DNA of 64,000 nt from Setoptus koraiensis (lineage: Eukaryota; Animalia; Arthropoda), in the NCBI GenBank assembly GCA_048013815.1, contig CM106585.1:23932001-23996000 (forward strand), written 5' to 3'. A program made the position numbers and the translations under genes. The notes below the pieces were generated by a model. The model did not search any database. It was not told the origin of the DNA and saw only the letters and a list, made by a program, of their open reading frames with translations. Shown here piece after piece: positions 59,539-64,000 of this stretch. Position 1 is the stretch's first letter. The number at the start of each line of letters is the position of its first letter.

Positions 59539-61340
59539 AATGGACAAAAACTTGATAGTGTGAATATATGTGTCACACGTGCTGTGACAAAATCGGCCTA
59601 AAATACCCATAAAATACAATGGCCATTTGCGTGTGCGGATTGTAAAACGCGCAAACAAACTATTACAAACATAAACCAACGCCAACTACAACAATAACAA
59701 CCAGCGTTGCACCACCACCACCACCAACAACAGCATAGATGAGCGGCCAGAGCAAGAGAAAAAGAAGAGGAGCGATGAAAAAGAGAAGCGTTCTGACAAA
59801 CGGTGCCAGTTTAGTTTTGCAAAAGTTCCCAATTTCTACACAATGGGCGCTTCTCACAACAACAACAACAACAACAACAACAGCAACACCAGAAACTGCG
59901 CCCCTTTCAACGGCACCAGTGGCTAAATTCAATTAGATTTATCCTCTCTCGGACGCTCTGTACACACTGCGCTCGCAAGTAGTGATAATAATAATAATAA
60001 TGATGATGGTCGGTCATTCTATATCTTCTATTCGAGTGCAATATGGGCAAGTCAAGCTCGAGCGATCAAACTGAATGAGGCGCCTATATATACAAGAATA
60101 TATATCATTTGTATATATAGCAAAGATGAGACGTGAGACAAATAAACGCAACAGCGAGCTCATATATATCACACACACATATCACATACTGCCGGTGCAT
60201 CCATCGATATATCGAGACATATCGAGTCTGTTGTTGATTTGATCGCACTTTCAACTTTTTGCACCAGATCTATATTTATTTATCTATTTGATCGATATCT
60301 TTTCGATATGTGAAATGCAATCGTCTCTCTTTCGCACATACACTTACAATGTTAATATGACAATCATATCTTATGATTCCTATGCCCACAGTCAGCCATA
60401 TTGACGCTCTAGTGGCATGGCTCACAATACTGACAATAAATGTGGCGAGATGCCAGATTCATAGTGTCAGCTCTACTCAGTGAGTACAGCAAGGCCTCAA
60501 AGCGCCACCTTGCGAACTCGCTTGACACTGAAGGCACTGAAAAAAGCAAATACCTTCTGACAAGACCTTGGGTACACAGGTAAATGTGCAAATTGACGCA
60601 ATAGAAGGCGCCACCACTGCCAATTGTGATCAGGCTACCAGAGCGACAACCTTGTCTGACCCGTGTCATGAGTGAGTCTGCAGTCTACAGTTTATCAGTT
60701 GCAAGCAAGTATATCTGGCAACTATCTCTTGAAGAGCATTCGGTTGTCATGACGACAGTGGCCACTTTGACAGTGGCCAGCAGATCTACAAACAAACAAA
60801 CAAACAGACTTTGCCCATCTCTCTCTCACAAGTCACTGCTGACAGTCTGCTCTGGTCAGTGTGGAAAATCTCAGTGTGGCAACTCTCAGAAGTGGCCAGT
60901 CTCAAAAGTTTCACAGAGTCTGTAAGCGCCTCCAAAGTATTACATCCAAGAGAGCACTAGTGGTCAAGAACGGCCTTGTCTAAAGTTGAGCTGCTAATGA
61001 TGTCAACCATACACATATACATGTACTTATACGTATATGCGATACATGAAAGTATGAATAATAATAATACAATAGTTGTGCATATCACATTAGCAATAAC
61101 TATCGCACCATTGTAACTATAACACTAGCCATAGACCATAGTTATGTAATAATGGCCATCTATCTCAGCTGAATGCTGGCTTGTGTTTGTGTGACCAGTG
61201 AGACAAAGTCGCATCATTATGACCAGTGCTTAAAATATTGTATTGCTGTGTATATGTCATCATTAAGTAGTGGTAGTATCAGCCTATGTCAGTATGATTG
61301 TGTCAAGAATTAGAAGAATGTCGGCAGGTTAACTCAAAGT

Positions 61341-61443
61341 CAAATAGCCAAATATCCAAATAGCCAAATAGCCGAGCAGCCGAATAGCCTAATATCAGAA
61401 TAGCAGAATAGCCGAACAGCAGAATGGCAAAATAGCAAAATAA
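61341..61443. repeat. Degenerate 8-bp tandem repeat (c/gAATAGCC-like), about 12 units
   Basis: caaatagc caaatatc caaatagc caaatagc cgagcagc cgaatagc ctaatatc agaatagc agaatagc ... Confidence 0.85.
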
Positions 61444-64000
61444 ATAAGACGATTGTTTGAACAGTAGCGACACACATACAGCTAAAAATGTTAGTTTTTT
61501 CTTGTTGACTGCTATGTAATCATCTCAGTCGGCGACAAGTGACTGAGATTATTATTATTATTATCATTGTAAAGTCAATTGTCCAAATTCAATCATCACA
61601 AGCCAACTGCATCATGCTACATGACGTAATCAATGATGCGTAATTTATTGATTGTTATGTTATCGTCGCCAATATTTATTCGTTTACTTGTGTGTCGTTA
61701 CGTTGAATGTTTGCCAGTGTCCGATATACATATCACATCAAAAGGAGACTCATTTTGAGCAACATAAACACCGATGATGGTCATCGACAGACAAGAGGAG
61801 TGACCAATCACTCAGGTCATTATATCATACAGTGTCATGTTGCCTGTGTATCACTTGTCAGATTGCACAGTCCATTGCAGTGCACTGTTTTTAGCACCAC
61901 AGTAGTAGCCACAACGACAACCGTAAACATAAAAACAGGTAGACGTTGTTTTACCTGTGCTGTCTCAATTGCACAATAACCACAACATGCCTTTTTTCCT
62001 AGCGACTGGCTTGTCACTTGTTATGTCACAGCCAGCTGACAGCTTGTAAAACAGCTTCATGATAACTTGTGGCCCATGCAATATTGATTATTTGCCCGCC
62101 ACTAATCAGCTGTTTTGGTGTCTGGCCCGAATTGTCGATTCGGACAGCTGACTGACTGGTCAACATTGTGCGCCCTTATTAATAACGATGCGCGTCTACG
62201 ATCATCCGTTGTCCACCACAGCCATTTCTTCTCAAAAGTTATATTTGCTGAATCCGTTAAGTTGCTCAAATAACCACTGCACCCTTAACCGTTTAAATGG
62301 CGCTAAATCTAATCTATAAGTATTGTCACACGCTTGACCGTTGGCCATAAAAGTGGCTAGCGTCGCTATGCCATTATAGGGAATTCCGCTATATTGAATT
62401 TCTCTATTTATGGCCATCTAGCGGTGAGTGTGGCAAAGTTTAGTGAGGCAAAGTTGTTTTGTTGCTGATAAGAGTTTATTCGCACATCGCACCCAGAAAG
62501 AGAGAGCGAGAGATTATATCATTTGCTATATGACACACAGCCGTATATCTCATTGGTGTGTGACACGTGGTCAGTTTTCGCTGACCACGAGCACAAATAA
62601 ACAAACAAACAAACGGGCAAACAGACAGACAAACAAATAGACAATCAGATAAATAAGCACGCGTTGCGCAATGTTTGGCACTTTATCACAGACAAACATT
62701 GTGTCGAGTATATCACACACACACACACACACGCACACTTGATTTTTGAGGCAAATTAAATCAGCGGCGTCATCCCGTGTGCACGAGCTGGCTGCTAGGA
62801 TGTTTAATATGTGAACAAGCCACAAAATGGCCACAACCGAGCGCTAAAGTGACCAAAACTAAAGTGGCTAATCCAGATCAAATTGAGTTGGTTTTGGTTG
62901 TTCACACGAGGCGACAATTCGATCATCATAACAACACAAGTAGTAATTTATTGCGTCATGAGTCACACATAAAGCACAATGACAATCAGCTGTTACAAGA
63001 CTGGACTTGGGGTTTGGTTTGTGTGTGTGGTGAGCAGAGAGGCACAAAAAGCAACGTCAAAGTTTAAGTCAGAGTCAAAGTCAAAGTCAAAGTTGGCGTT
63101 TGGTGTGACACATTGTTGGCCACTGCAACACACGTAGCAGAGATGGCCAATGAGTGACCAGTGAGTACAATCACAATGAAACATCTTGAGGTTTTGTATT
63201 GAGCCAACAGCAACAACAATGCCAACAACAACACATGATATTGTTGCCGCATTGAGCATTGAGCATTGAGCGCGGCACAAGTAGAGAAACAGTTTTTCAA
63301 GTTTGACTTGATGAGTCTTTCATGTAATAATAGACAAGTTTCACAAGATTAAACAACAACAACAACTGACAAACCCGCACATAATGACGACAATGCCACA
63401 CTGTACAAGCTGCACAGATTCTGCAGAGGAAAATGATAATAATAATAAAAATAATAATAATGATGATAATGACAATAATAATACTGGCAATACTGGCACT
63501 GCTGGCAATAGTGGCAATAATGAAAGGCAATAGACGAGCCACAAAATAGAGCGTTCGTTTCATCGTTGAGCCAGTGACAGTGACAGTGCCACTGATCATG
63601 ACACTCAGCTGACTGATTGAGCGAGCCAGTGACATAAGTCATTCATATAACCGTAACAATGTTCAGACAGCACTGTCCACATATAACACTGGTGCGGTGA
63701 GCAAAGCAACAACGGCGACAATGACATCATTTGTTTGTTCTGTCCGCAGCGCCGTCATTGTGGTCGCTGTCACGTTACATAATACGCCAGCCAGTCAGCC
63801 CGTCGGCCAGTCAGCGAGCCAACGAGCCACAAAGCGACAGCACTTGTGACTTATATTTTAAAAGTTTTAAGATTGGCCGCTTATAAAGTGAGCTCATACG
63901 GCCGGTCGTGTTTATGCGCGCATCGCCTTGGATGACACTGTCACGGCAACCACTGGCTGACTTGTGAGATTTGCACTGTCCGGCAGTGGACAGTGCAGTG

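Noticed and set aside
62006-62040. gtcacagccagct resembling miR-2
   Set aside because: The match is incomplete at both ends and the flanks do not form a proper precursor hairpin.

Overview
Eukaryotic animal DNA, not prokaryotic; no CRISPR array, rRNA, tRNA or recognisable transposon ORF was seen. The long intronless or near-intronless genes and short (74-128 nt) GT-AG introns suggest a compact arthropod genome, probably a mite such as an eriophyoid (inference). Two gene-dense blocks alternate with simple-repeat-rich deserts. Block 1 (1-6.2 kb): PWP1 (partial, minus) and CAND1. A ~13 kb desert follows. Block 2 (19.8-41.6 kb): DOK4/5/6-like, an apparently C-terminally truncated TMEM63/CSC1, an FKBP4/5-like gene lacking FK2, two tandem unrecognised secreted-protein paralogues, SCCPDH, prominin and ARHGAP39. 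Then come a cytosolic sulfotransferase with Ser in place of the catalytic His, a SoxB2 (Sox21/Dichaete-like) gene, and a ~13 kb desert upstream of it. The most interesting signals are: (i) the two secreted paralogues sharing an unrecognised ~58-aa domain, hidden by introns in the ORF track; (ii) a 75/76-identical copy of one paralogue's signal-peptide sequence fused to a ~90-bp dispersed element in the TMEM63/FKBP divergent promoter; (iii) the truncated TMEM63. All alignments, splice assignments and structure calls were made by eye.
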